A stretch of 63,847 nt of DNA, filler included, from Choristocarpus tenellus KU-1152 (lineage: Eukaryota; Protista; Phaeophyceae): the NCBI GenBank assembly GCA_964200185.2. It is 10 parts of 10 records of this genome, joined end to end, with 100 filler letters (N's around TTAATTAATTAA, not from the genome) between each part and the next. Parts side by side here need not be neighbours in the genome. Positions count along the whole stretch, not along the records: positions 1 to 3,568 come from CAXNAD020019209.1; positions 3,669 to 21,051 come from CAXNAD020000680.1; 8 more parts are not named here. One strand, given 5' to 3'. The translations under genes were made by a program, and so were the position numbers. The notes under the pieces were generated by a model that was not told where the DNA came from, did not search any database, and saw nothing but the letters and a program-made list of their open reading frames with translations. Below are positions 1 through 11,900 of the stretch, piece by piece (positions within the stretch are counted from its first letter, which is position 1; every line of letters starts with the position of its first letter).

Positions 1-1
1 G

Positions 2-3000
2 GGCTATGACAACCCCTGTGGGCCAAGTTGGGTACGGGAGGGGCTGGCAGGTTTCATGGGCCCCTTGCTCCTTAGAAGGCCAATGGATAGTGAAAAAATT
101 TGTGTAGCAGCAGGGGTGACTGCGGTTCTCAGGTGAACAAAAAGAATTTGTCCTGCATGCTACTCTTCTTGTTTTGCCTTGCTCAATGCCATATCCCAAT
201 AGAATGGCTCAAGTGTTTGTTGGCACTTGCTGCCTGTAGGTGGTCTTTGTCTCCTCAGAAGAAATATGTCACTTATGTTGCCACAGATTATGGGAGAAGA
301 GTGTTATATTTATTTGTGCATGTGTGTGGTATGTGTGTACGCACCCATGTGTTTGTGTTTACTTTCCAGTGTGTTAAGTGATGAGGTAGATGTCATTGTA
401 GCTAACACACAGTCAGGAACCCAGACATAACTGCAGTATTGGTTCACTTTCACTTTAGGTCAGGTGGTGTACCCAGAGATGCGCACATAACAACTTTTAT
501 CACCTTCATTCCTCCACATCCATGCCGAGCACAACAACAATCCCCTTTGATATGTGGTCACTGATTCCCCAGAGTACCCACCCCCTTGCAATACCACATC
601 CCATTCATCGAGGAGGTTATTGCTGGTGGTTCTTTTCAATGAAGGAGAGGCATGCCTCATTCCCTCCCCTTACTATAGCGGGTATGATTCAGCAATGCTG
701 GGTTCAGGTGTGGTGCCCTGGCCTGTGAAATCCTTGCTGACGGGGTGTGTAGATGAGGGCATATCACCAGTGTCCTTACAACGTGCATACAGGTGAGTTG
801 TCTTCAAGGCAATCCCCACCTTCACAGAGATGTCCTTATTAAGATGCCTGTATAGGGTGCCAGGGTTACAGGTACACCACACAGCCTCAACAAGCAAAAG
901 AGGAATGCACACATGGCTTGTTGGAGAGGGTTCATCACTGTACCACAGACCACCAGGGAAATCAACCTGGCATAATGAACATTCATGCGGAGGAGGCATA
1001 TTTGCATAATTTCTACTGCAGGGTTCTTCACCCCAAGGACGTTTTTATAAGGCGTATACCACGAAACAAAGGTTTTAATGATGCTCGCCTTGTAGTGTAG
1101 TAATAGTAAAACAATGGTGACGTATCAGCTATCCTCTTCCACTAAACTTAGCTTGGGTATGCAACTATGATTCGCTGCAGGATGCAGCCCTCTTCCCCCT
1201 CCTTTTCCCGGTTCACCTTCTGCCGTCCAACCAGCTGTTCCTTAAACCAAATGCCATTTCAAATTTTTGTATTTGCTGCTTGATGTGCATGACACAACTC
1301 CCATAACGCAGGGCAGCACGGGCTAAGGCTGTACACATTCGTGCCCTGCTACTGACTTCACCCCACAACCCCACTGGAAGACTCTACTCTGCCAGAGCCC
1401 TGCTGGGAGCAGTTTCCTGGGCTAGGGAGAAGGGTATTCACATTATCTCAGATGAGGTTTGGGAATTCTCCTAGCAAACTGGACCCTAAGGAGAAGGGGA
1501 AGGGAAGGAAGGGCCTGTCTCTAGGTGGTATTTTGATCTTGATTTGGAGATGAAGGAGGGATGGGGATGGGGAGGATGATTTGGGGATTCCTGATGTGCT
1601 TGCTCATCTGTGAATCCACTGTGCATAATTTTCTGTAGAGATGAGAAGGATAGAAGAGATTGGGTGAAGGTTGTAGTGAAGCAATGACGAGTCATGTTTC
1701 CAACCACACTGTACTTTGTGTTCATACTGCAATCGATTGGTCCCTATGTACCCCCCTCACTGCCACTACCCACACCCCAGTTGATTGGTTCCTCCTACCC
1801 TTCCAGGTGTATGCCAATTGTGTCCACCGGCCTGGGGCGACATTCCGTGGTCTTGGTTCTCTCCACAGAGGCGGGCTAGGGAAGAATGTGCATGTTCTCT
1901 ATGGCCCAGCGAAGGACTTGGGTGTTGCAGGCTGGAGGGTGTGTATATGGAGGGAGGGAGGCTGCTGTTTGAACCTCTTTCTTTCTACTAGGTAGTTTTT
2001 GATGGAAAATGGTCAAGTGCTGACTCTAGCAGTGACCAACTTGTCAAGGTTGCATAGCCTCTGCCTGCAACTCTTGTCCCAATTGGGGTGATGGCAGGGG
2101 TAGGATTATGCCTGGATTTGTTGTCATGTTATACCAATGACTTATCGGTTGGAGGCACGCATGGGAGTTGCTGTGAATTACCCAAGTAGGCTGGAGAAAT
2201 AATGGCATGTTTTTTTGTGCACAGGGAGGAGGAACTTGTTTGGGTCTTTTACCCCTACACAATAGCCTTGGTGTTGTCAAATGTTTCAGGCAATGTTACT
2301 CGCTGCTGAAAGCTGCAGGTACTGCATTCTCCATTTTCCACACTCAATGTGTGCTGTAGAAATACAATTCATCAATCCGTGGTATGTGTGAAACACTACA
2401 TGTTGTGAGGACCTCCCCCTACTTGATCTCACACACCGCTCACTCACCCACCCTTATCCCACTCCTCTATTCCCTATTGACTTGATCGTGTGCCTTCCTC
2501 GAAGGTGGGTGCACTTTACAGTGAGAATGAAGAGGTTATTTCGGCTGTGGGGTCTATGTGCCACAGTTGTGAGGCATCAACAGATACCCTGTCTCTTCTG
2601 GGGCAGCTGTTGAATGAGCCAGGCTTCATGGGTTCATACATGCACCAGCATCAGGTAAGAGGGGGGTAGGGGTATGTGGGATCGTGCCCCCTTTGCCCCT
2701 GCACTACCCAAGGCGCAATATTTTGACAGAGCAGGGGAAAGGGAGGGATCCGACATTCCCAAAGAGAGGTTCGTTCTATTTCTTTTCCACCCCCTCTTTC
2801 CCCTGTACATTTTTGTGGCATTTTTTTGTCAACCTGTCCTACCATGGGTTCGACTTGACACAGTTGGGCAATGTTTTTTTGGTTCTAAGAGTGCAAATGG
2901 TAGACTATTCATGCCTACGTCCTATGCCTGCTAATTTCCCTATGCGGTGTGGATGATGAGAATGTCTTGTGTCTCAGCAAGCTTCTGTTTTGTGGACAGG

Positions 3001-3341
3001 GGGAGAGGTGCATCAATGTTCTGTTGTGGTTATGTAGGCAGACTTTTCTAGCCCATGGTGGAAAAACTTGCTAGGGACATCTCTATGCTGAATTTCTAGA
3101 GCTCTGGTGCTTGACTGAAACTATGAGTACAACAGCTAAGCCCTCCTTCCAACCTACTCTGCTGCATTTATATCTGAACTCTTGGGCCCCTACAACTGGG
3201 TCACTTATCCAGGAGGTGCTCCGGCACGCGTACATTGCCCTCATCCGTGCTTTGGACCATCACGGCATACTGTACATACAAGCTGAGGCAGGGATCTTTG
3301 TGATGATTGACCTCAGGGAGTTCCTGGATGAACCCACTATG
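2..3341 (+). CDS. PLP-dependent aminotransferase class I/II, ACC-synthase-like (ACS/ACCS family); partial at both ends
   Basis: Exons approx. 2-132, ~613-792, 1312-1456, 1807-1938, 2505-2654 and 3213-3341 splice in frame. They give GYDNPCG..REGLAGFM, LIPSPYYSGYD, LLLTSPHNPTG, IHIISDE|VYA, HVLYGPAKDLGVAGWR|VG (PLP-lysine box) and AEAGIFVMIDLREFL, in the order typical of ACS-like enzymes. The exon 2 acceptor is uncertain. Confidence 0.88.
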
Positions 3342-3568
3342 GTTAGAGCTCCCTGTGACATCATTGCCGACTTCCTCGATAGCTGAATTGGTTTTTAGGG
3401 TGTGACTTGGTATAGTGCAACTGCTGTTAGTCATCAAGAATATTCCTGTCTTACCGTTCCTTTCCTGTTGTGTACAACACTCTCTGCTGCATAGGTGGGT
3501 GGTTGAATCCGTTCTGTCCCAGGATGACCCTTCTCCACGGTGGGCCCCAACGATAGTGAGGTTGGGGC

Positions 3569-3668
3569 NNNNNNNNNNNNNNNNNNNNNNNNNNNNNNNN
3601 NNNNNNNNNNNNTTAATTAATTAANNNNNNNNNNNNNNNNNNNNNNNNNNNNNNNNNNNNNNNNNNNN
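3569..3668. other. Artificial contig linker (N44-TTAATTAATTAA-N44)
   Basis: Identical 100-bp spacer with stop codons in all six frames. It recurs at 21052-21151, 36932-37031, 41024-41123, 45121-45220, 48009-48108, 53571-53670, 56573-56672 and 59819-59918. Confidence 0.99.
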
Positions 3669-3882
3669 CAACAGGTAAATAGGAACAGGTTCCCCCCCTC
3701 CCCCCTCCCTGAGATATTTGTTGTTTCCATCACCCATCATGTCCAATGTTGTCATATCTTTTGTCAGTTGATGATTGGACAGCTTAACTCATCCCAAGCT
3801 ATTGCACAATGCCCTCACTCCCCCCTCCCCGTCTCCCCCTGTCTCCCCTGTACATCTTGAACAAAAACAAATTGTTACACAG

Positions 3883-6800
3883 TTGGCGAGCTCCCTCCAG
3901 AGTCACTATGTTAGTGCCCTGCTGCGGCAGCTGTACAAGATTGTGGGCAGCTTTGACTTCTTAGGAGACCCTGTTGGATCTTTCAGTCAGGTACATTGGG
4001 AGTAGGAAAATATTCTCTTAAGGTGGAGACTACTTGAGTGCTATGTTTGTACTACAATACTGGATACTGCATTAGTGGGTGATCTTACTTTTCAATGTTA
4101 ATAGGCACTCTTTTACCCCTACAGAGGTGCATTATATCAGGCGTTTCAAGGAGAGGGCTACATGAAAGCAAGGGATCCCTAACCCTAAACAAGGTGGAAC
4201 ACGAGTTGAACCGATGTTTGTGTCGATGGTCTGTTTTTATGATGAGGAAATGTGGTTTCAACTACTAAACAAATCATGTCATTCCTTTCAATGACTGTCT
4301 TTTGGCATTTGTATTGTTCAGCTAGGTACAGGTGTCAAGGACTTTTTCTTCGAACCAGCGGAGGGATTGTTGAAGAGTCCAACGGCATTTGGGAGGGGAG
4401 TGGCTAAGGGCACCATGTCTCTAGTGGGCAACACCACCTCAGGGGTGCTTGGCTTCACCACAAAGATCACGTATGTTGTTTTTGATGTGAACAGATTTGG
4501 AGGGGACAGAGCCTGTGTGGTGAATTTGACTGTACTGCTGATGACCTTTTGTTGGAAAGTGGATATCTAGCCAGGGCTTTGTAGATATCCTCCATTGCCT
4601 TGTGGGTCAAGACCTGAGGGTTTGAATGTGAGACGTTTATGGAGTATCAAGAGTCAAGTATGTTGCACAATGACGGGTATTGTTTGACTGTTGATACATG
4701 ACAAATGTTCAATGTTTGAATTGACAAATGATGTGTAGTAGGTACCTGTTTGGGGAGGAGTCGTGGGATAGAAAAGGAGGGCATGTCAAATGTATGTCAG
4801 GCTCCATCGCGCATTTAACCATATCCTAAAAATACCCCCACTTCAACAGCAAACCAACCTATCTCTCTCCCCCCCATCCCCCAACCTCAGCCTCCCCTTG
4901 TATGTACCCTGGAACCATTTTGATACACACACACACACACACACATACACATACACATACACACACTACTCTTACCCACAGAGCATATTCCGCATTCCGA
5001 CACATATTGGTGTACAGGCGGTCTGTTGGTGGGGGGGTGGCGGCTCTTTCCTTTGATGAGGAGTTCCAACAACGCCGAATACGTCTACGGAGGGAGGCTG
5101 GCACTGGTCAGGGAAAGGGGGCCCGGGGTGCTGCACTCCTGATGGGGCGAGCCGCCCAAGATCTGGGAGGGGGGATATATCATGGAGTGACTGGGGTGGT
5201 TTTGGAGCCCTATCGCCGTGCCAAGGTTAAGATACTTGAGCACTGGTTTTTGATTATAGAAGCTAGGCAGCTTAGAGTTGTGTCTGATGATGTTTTTAGG
5301 GGGGGAGGGGGGGGGCACGTTACGTGTTTAATTGACACAAGTTAGCTTGTAGAAACTCTTCACACTCTTTTCTTCTTTTTTTCTCATTGGTGACTCACCA
5401 TTCCCTTCCTCAAAACACCTGCAGAATGGAGGCTGGCAAGGGTTGACAATAGGGCTTTGCCAAGGAGTGGCAGGCGTGGCCACAAAGCCTATGGTGGGAT
5501 GCCTAGATGCGGTTGCTCACACTGGGGAAGCTGTGAGGGAGATGGCTGGAGGGTTGGCACGGAGAGATGGCTTGTATGAGGCTCAGCGTAAGCGAATGCC
5601 TCAGCCGTTTGGCTTGGATGGGAGGATGATGCCACGCATTCCTGAGACGGCGTGTGGGGCCATGCTGCTTGCTCGATTTCCAATGTGGACTGTAAGTGGG
5701 GATAGTAAGGGGAGGGGTAGGGGAGAACATGGGATGTGGAGGTAGAATACCTGAGACACGGGCTGTTCCGCCCACTCAGGCAAGCCAACTGTATTTTATG
5801 GAAATGGTCCAATGTAGTAGATACTTCAACAGATGGAACTGCAGTTGCTCATGTTTCCACATACATACACAACACCTACACGCATAGGCACACATCACTC
5901 TAGTGTTCATCGCTTGCCTAGAAACAAGGATCATGATCGAGATCTGAAGGGTACCATAGACCACTTTACATCAAAAACATTTTTTGATTTTGAGAGGAAA
6001 AACTTCTGTGACCTTTTGTGTCATTCTTACATAATCTGAGCAGGCCAAATAAAATAGAACTGGTGGGTCCCTGGTGAATCACCTCCATCCCTTTCCCACA
6101 ATGTACTTGACTTCACTCATTGTGCAGCAGACTTCAGGCAAAGGAAAGGTTCCACTCTCCTCTGAAGGCCCTGCCCTCCCTCCCCCCCCTTTGCCTGCCA
6201 GATGTTAATTCGACCTTGATAAACCTTCATTTGTACCATTGCATGAAATAATAAACATCTCCACCATCATCCCTAACCCTAGCCTGACCCTTTACAGGGT
6301 GGAAGGAGTATATTCATACCTCGAGACGCTCCGGTGGGGATGGGGGTGGGGGCAGAGTTGATGACAGGTGGAGAGGTGTTGGCACATAATGATGCAAACC
6401 TAGACAATAGCTCTGACATGCATTCAAGGGACTACGAGACTGTCGCAAACTTTCCTACTCTCGATTCTAGTTCCAGGGAATTGATGGCAGAAAGGGGGGC
6501 AGGGGGGAGGGGGTACTTGCCATCCAACACCTCAGGCACTGCTGTATCCTCTGCTGAAAGGCCTTCTTTGTTGTCAGGGGAATCAGCACTGTCCAATGTC
6601 AATGGCCTGTCTGAATACAGAGGTTGTGAGTCTTCCAGCTCACCTGGAGAACTGGGAAGCTTGGACAATAGCCACCCATCTCCCTATGGCCTGAACAGGA
6701 GACAAGGGCCAAAGATCATGGATCAGTCTGAGACAAAAGCTCCCAAGGGGGGCAGAGGTGGAGGGAGCATCACTAATAGTGGTTGGCTGTCGATTCCGAA

Positions 6801-6936
6801 GGCATGTGCAATGTTTTGGGTTTATCTGTCTGTTAAAAAGAATTTCAAGACATCAAATGAAGTTTCTTGTTTTTGTCTGTGTAGCTACTGTGTATTAATG
6901 TGGTATTTTGATCCCTGGTACTGTAGTCTTCCAATG

Positions 6937-6970
<34 letters not shown>

Positions 6971-9900
6971 TCTGAGGCTATATTCTATGCCTGTATTTTT
7001 ATCCTACAATGCAGACTTTTTGCAAATGTGTGTGTGTGTTGGATATGTAAACGTGCATGACACTGATAAGAAAAAGTCAAGACCCCTCCTCCTAACCCTA
7101 ACCCCAAACGAACGATGCCCCCCCCTGCCCATGGTAACTGTGCATGCAGGATGCCCCAACGCCTCTCAGGCGAAGAAACCGTCACTTTGAACATGACTAC
7201 GTTGTTTCCACAGAGATACTGCGCCTGGGTGGGGGGAATGAGGTTACAGTGCTTGTGGTTAGCAATCAACGAGTACTCTGTGTGAAGGCAACCCGGGGTG
7301 GACCTGGAGATATCTCTACCCTCGAGCTGGAGTGGGAAATCCCTCTGAACTCCTTGGTGGGCCTGCCAGCGCTGCTTGATGAAGGAGGAGGGGGCGCCAC
7401 ACTGGACTTCAGCAATGTTGTTGCTGCTGATGAGTACAGGAGGCGGGATGGGAAAATGTATCTTCGTCGAGCCAATCCTCTCCAGGGAAGAGCAGGGGGA
7501 TGGAGCTGGGGTGGTGGAGGCGACAATGGCAATGGCAAGGACGGAAATGGAGGGTTGGAGGGGCAACAACCCTCTAGCAGCTCGAACTGGGAGACTGGGC
7601 AGACAGGTGTAGGGGGGACGGAAGGGCGATGGCAAAGTGTTTTTGGTTCATCTCCTGTCGGGGGAAGCCAGGTGGCACGGCCACTAGAACATATCCATAG
7701 CATCATCTATAGTGGGTCTGCAGTGGACCGAACAGTGACTCGAAGGCTTGTTGGACAGTATCGTGATCGCCCAGCACTAATTCGGGTTTACAATGCTGTA
7801 GCCTGCCTCACACAGCAGCTGGGTCATGTCATCCTCACACCAGGTGGAAGGAATGTTGGGGGTGCAAGTGTTGTCATCCAGGCACAATCTGGGCAGGGGC
7901 GACAGGGGGGCGGCAATGGAAGTCATGTAGGTAATGGCCTGCGAAGGGGGGGGCGTGGTACTGATAACCTTGGAGTGATTAGCATCAACGGATGGGAATT
8001 TGAGGAGGATATGGGTGGGATGATGACACTGGCTTCCAAGCACCGGTGGACTGATGCTAGGAAAACAGCCAGGTGCAACGCATCATCTATGCAGTCACCA
8101 AGAGGAGCTCCCATGTCCTTGTTTAGATCTGGTGGTGGAAGTGGGCAGGAAGACCCTGTTGAGGCTGTGAAGGACTTATGGCTGCCACTGCAGATACCTT
8201 TTGCTGACAGTGCTGGTTTGGCTGCAGATAAGCTGCGCATTGTACCAAATACGTTCGAGATGGATGTAGTACCATGGCACCCAGGTCCAGTCTTGCCAGA
8301 CTTCGACTTGAGCATGAGTTGGCAGCGCACTGTCCACCTTTCCGCCCTCAGGGCCCCTGAAGATGCCTGCAGGTAATGCTTGGTTCTATGTTACATTGCC
8401 AATTTCCCACAAAAACCTTCTTAAGTGTTGATGTGACATGCACCTCCCTTGAATAGGCACTAGCTGGTTTGCACCCTCCTTAGACCACTTCTTCCGAGCA
8501 CAATTGCAACATTATGTATATTGTTAGCTACAAGACACTGCAGTGTTCTGTAGGTAAACTGTTGGAGTGACCTATGGACTTTCTTTTGTAGATACCGCCA
8601 TGTGGAGAGTATGGGATTGATTTTTTAGGCTTCCTAAGTCCAGGCATATCAAGCAGTGTGAACTCTACTTGGGGTAACCCACACTCAGTCTTGCCCAGGT
8701 GTTCTTCACAGCACATGTTCAGTTTGATTTGCTGTCAAATTCTTCATTGAATGCTCACTGCTGCATGGTGGCCACCACTGTGCGGAGTTTTAACCATTCA
8801 TTATTTGAAACAGTTTTTTGTATTAATTGTTCTCATGTAACCATTCATTATGTGAAACTGTCTTACGTATTAATTGTTCTCATGTAACCATTCATTATTT
8901 GAAACAGTTTTTGTATCAATTGTTCTCATGCAACCATTCATTTTTGAAACAGTTTTTGTATCAATTGTTCTCATGTAACCATCTCTCTGCTTCCAGGACC
9001 TAGACAATGGCACTGGGCAAGGAACCCAAATTTTAACCCCTGAATTGCCCATCCCCCATACACCTGCCACATGCAAACAGTTGAGATACTTGTTACTTTC
9101 AGTAGCTCCTGACCCCCTTATGCTTTCTTTGCCACCTCACAGAGTTGCTGTTGAATCCGAGTTTATGGTGAACGACACCCCCCTGGTGCATGATATAAAG
9201 GACAATATGCAGCAAGGGAAATTGAGTGCTTCAGAATTTAGACAAAAAATGGCTGAGCTCAGGCATAAAGGACTGGACCAGATCCAGAGCGGTCCAAGCA
9301 CTGGTGTAGGAAGGAGCTCTGTGAGAAGTGGAAATATTCGGGACATAGGTGGGCATGATGGTGCCGGTAGAGGACTTGGAGCAGGCCAGGGGCTGAAACG
9401 CTACAACAGCAGCACTGGGGTACTCAGCAAACTCAGTGAACGACTGGCAATTGGACTCTCTCGTGTTGACCAGACAGGACAAGCTTCTAGTCCAGCCCCC
9501 GAAAGCAGGAAGGAGAGGAAGTTTGGAAGGAGCAACAGTCCCAAAGAGGGAGCTGCAAATCCCAAGGGTGCTGCAATTTTGCACCCAAGTAGTCATGCCT
9601 TGTCAGCCTCAGAGGCCGCTGGCTCATCTGCTGGCTCAGGCTGGTCTTGGGGGGAGGTGGGACGCTTATCAATCAACAATAGTATCCGCCAGGTTCGTAG
9701 TGCCCTTATAGGGCCCCCTTCCCCACAGAAGCCAGCCCCAACCCCCCCTGGACAGCATAAAAGTGTGTGGGGGCAGGGCACAGCAGCATTGGAAAATTCA
9801 CGTTCCGTCTCACCATCACCACGACGTATCCGAGGGAAGGACTTTAGATCACTGTCATATGGTGGGAGCGGGGCTTCTGGTGGGCATGCACGTCCTTCAT

Positions 9901-11072
9901 CGGAATTTGATAACATGTCCTCTGTGTCAAACAGCAGCACAGCCCTGACTGATATCTCTACTCGCCTGGAGAAGATTGAAGACATGCTAAGCCGACTTCT
10001 TGAGCAAGATGAGAGATTATTCTATGGTGGTCAAGTCAGTAAGACGAGTGAAGTTGGGACTCCTGCCGACACCAGCCTTGATAGTGACAAAACATCAGCA
10101 AGAACTCCGATTTATGTAGTGAGCACACCAGATAAGAAGCTCAACGCACATGAGGGGGCTGTATTTGCTTCTCCTGCTGTGTCTTCTGTAGTCCACGAAC
10201 TGAGGTCTGTGAAGGGTCACCTGCAGCAGCTCGAAAGCAAAGATCTGGTGCCTTCACGGTGTGTTGGGTCAGGGACAAAAAATGTAGGGGATGTGGAATG
10301 GGGAGGTGTAAATGTAGGCAATACCTCAGGAGTAGGAACCACTGTTCCTACAGAGAAGGGGCAAGGGATGGGAGGGGTATTAAAGGATGCACAGGCACCT
10401 TCAATGTTGCCTAGTCTTCCGGGGGTACATGACCAGAATGTGCAGAGAGCACAGCTACCGCTCCCTCAATGTGCTAGGAGATCTTCAAGTGATCCCATTG
10501 AGCTGTTACTGACTGGAGAGCAGCGAGATGATAGTGGATGGAAGAGTGTAGAAAACAGTGTTCCTGGGCTTGGTCAGCATGCCAATATGCCGTGGAGTGG
10601 AGCAGTCAAGTTGACTGCTAACAAAGCTAGTCTCCATGGGGCCAGGGGGCTCGATTTTCCAGGTGAAAATCCTAGAGGCATTAGCAGTGGCTCTGGTGAT
10701 AATAGCACTGAGCTGAACACAGGGGACCAGCCCAGAGTTATGACTGATTATCCAGAGAGCTTCCAAAAAGGTGACCAATTTGTTAGGGTTGAAGGCACTA
10801 GAGGAGAGGATGAAAAAACTGAGTTGTTAGAAGTTAATGAGGAGAGACAACAAAGGAGAGGAGAGGACCTGAGGGAGAGGGTGGAGGTGGAGGATATTGG
10901 AGCCGAGGTCGCAGAACAGGACATATATTTCTCTCCTTCTTGCACAGTTCCGCCTGGTAGCACAGGACATGGTTTGTCCAATCGACTTAGTACGATCACT
11001 GAAGCTTCAGTTGAGGGATTGGGGGAGAGTGAGCACTCTCATCGGCAGTCACTATCCTCTTTCCTGCCATGA
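3883..11072 (+). CDS. VPS13: VPS13-family bridge-like lipid transfer protein, C-terminal part (ATG2_C/VPS13_C helices, PH-like domain, long disordered tail); 5' partial
   Basis: Exons 3883-3990, 4322-4470, 5018-5225, 5425-5691, 6298-~6801, 7150-8372 and 9143-11072. Signature sequences: HYVSALLRQLYKIVGSFDFLGDPVG, LGTGVKDFFFEPAEGLLKSPTAFGRGVAKGTMSLVGNT, GVAALSFDEEFQ, GVTGVVLEPY, GVAGVATKPMVGCLD, R.RMPQPF, and PH-like VLVVSNQRVLCV..LEWEIPL. Confidence 0.93.
8791..8982. repeat. Intronic minisatellite, ~46-bp unit x ~4
   Basis: The unit TAACCATTCATTATTTGAAACAGTTTTTGTATCAATTGTTCTCATG is repeated in tandem with few substitutions. Confidence 0.9.
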
Positions 11073-11703
11073 TGTTCTGTGTTGTGCTTGTGTTTGTGTT
11101 TCAACTTTATTGTACATTGATTGTGCAAGTATGTGTAAGTAGTACGTTTTTGATGAGCCATGGCTGAACAGTTTTCTTCCTAAATGTTCGTGGAACTCCT
11201 TGCTATCTTGCATGGAATTGGACTAAAACAGACACAGCCTGGTGCAGCATCACTCATTTGTACAGGCCCCAATATGAGCTTTTCCTGGTGACTTGAGGGT
11301 ATGTGTTGTTGTTGTTTCTGTTGTAAGGCCAGATTTTTTAGCCAACAAGTATGTCCAGAAAAATCCACAGAACACTTTGTTATTCCCATTGTCCAAATTT
11401 TGTTCCAATTTTTTATTGACTGATGCCACTGAAACCTTGTTGGGAGTTGCACTCACACATGACGTAGAAACCCCTTCGTTGGCATTTCATTTGTATGACT
11501 GTTTTTATGTTAGAAGAGTGTGTGATGTTAGGGAAATAAGCATTGATTTACCCCTGTCATGCCTTTCATGCAAACAGCTTTGCTCGGTAAACCAGCAACC
11601 ATACCTAATAATATAAAAAAAAGGCCTCAATCATTCACCATCGCTATCATTCTCTGTCCTCAGTCCTGCAAGCAAGAGAGAATTAAATCAGCTGAGAGGT
11701 AGG

Positions 11704-11900
11704 CAGGGTTGCATTTTAAGGAAAGTGCAAAAGAGTGCCTTTTGTACAATTATAGAAAGAGCCTTGCCCGGATTGTTGTGTCACTTTGTGTGTGGAAAGG
11801 GGAATATCGATTTTGCGTGAACTGTTTTGCACATGAAGCAATGGAATAAGAGCATATTGGACAGGTTAAGAAAGATGGCTTAGAATGCAAAAGAGTCCAA
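11704..11900 (+). mobile_element. Dispersed ~200-bp repeat, MITE-like family 2 (copy 1)
   Basis: Starts CAGGGTTGCATTTTAAGG and ends GGCTTAGAATGCAAAAGAGTCCAAA. It is colinear with the reverse complement of 60505-60714 on another contig. Confidence 0.6.

Noticed and set aside
8791-8982. CRISPR-like array
   Set aside because: The units are directly adjacent with no unique spacers, the context is a eukaryotic intron and no cas genes are present.
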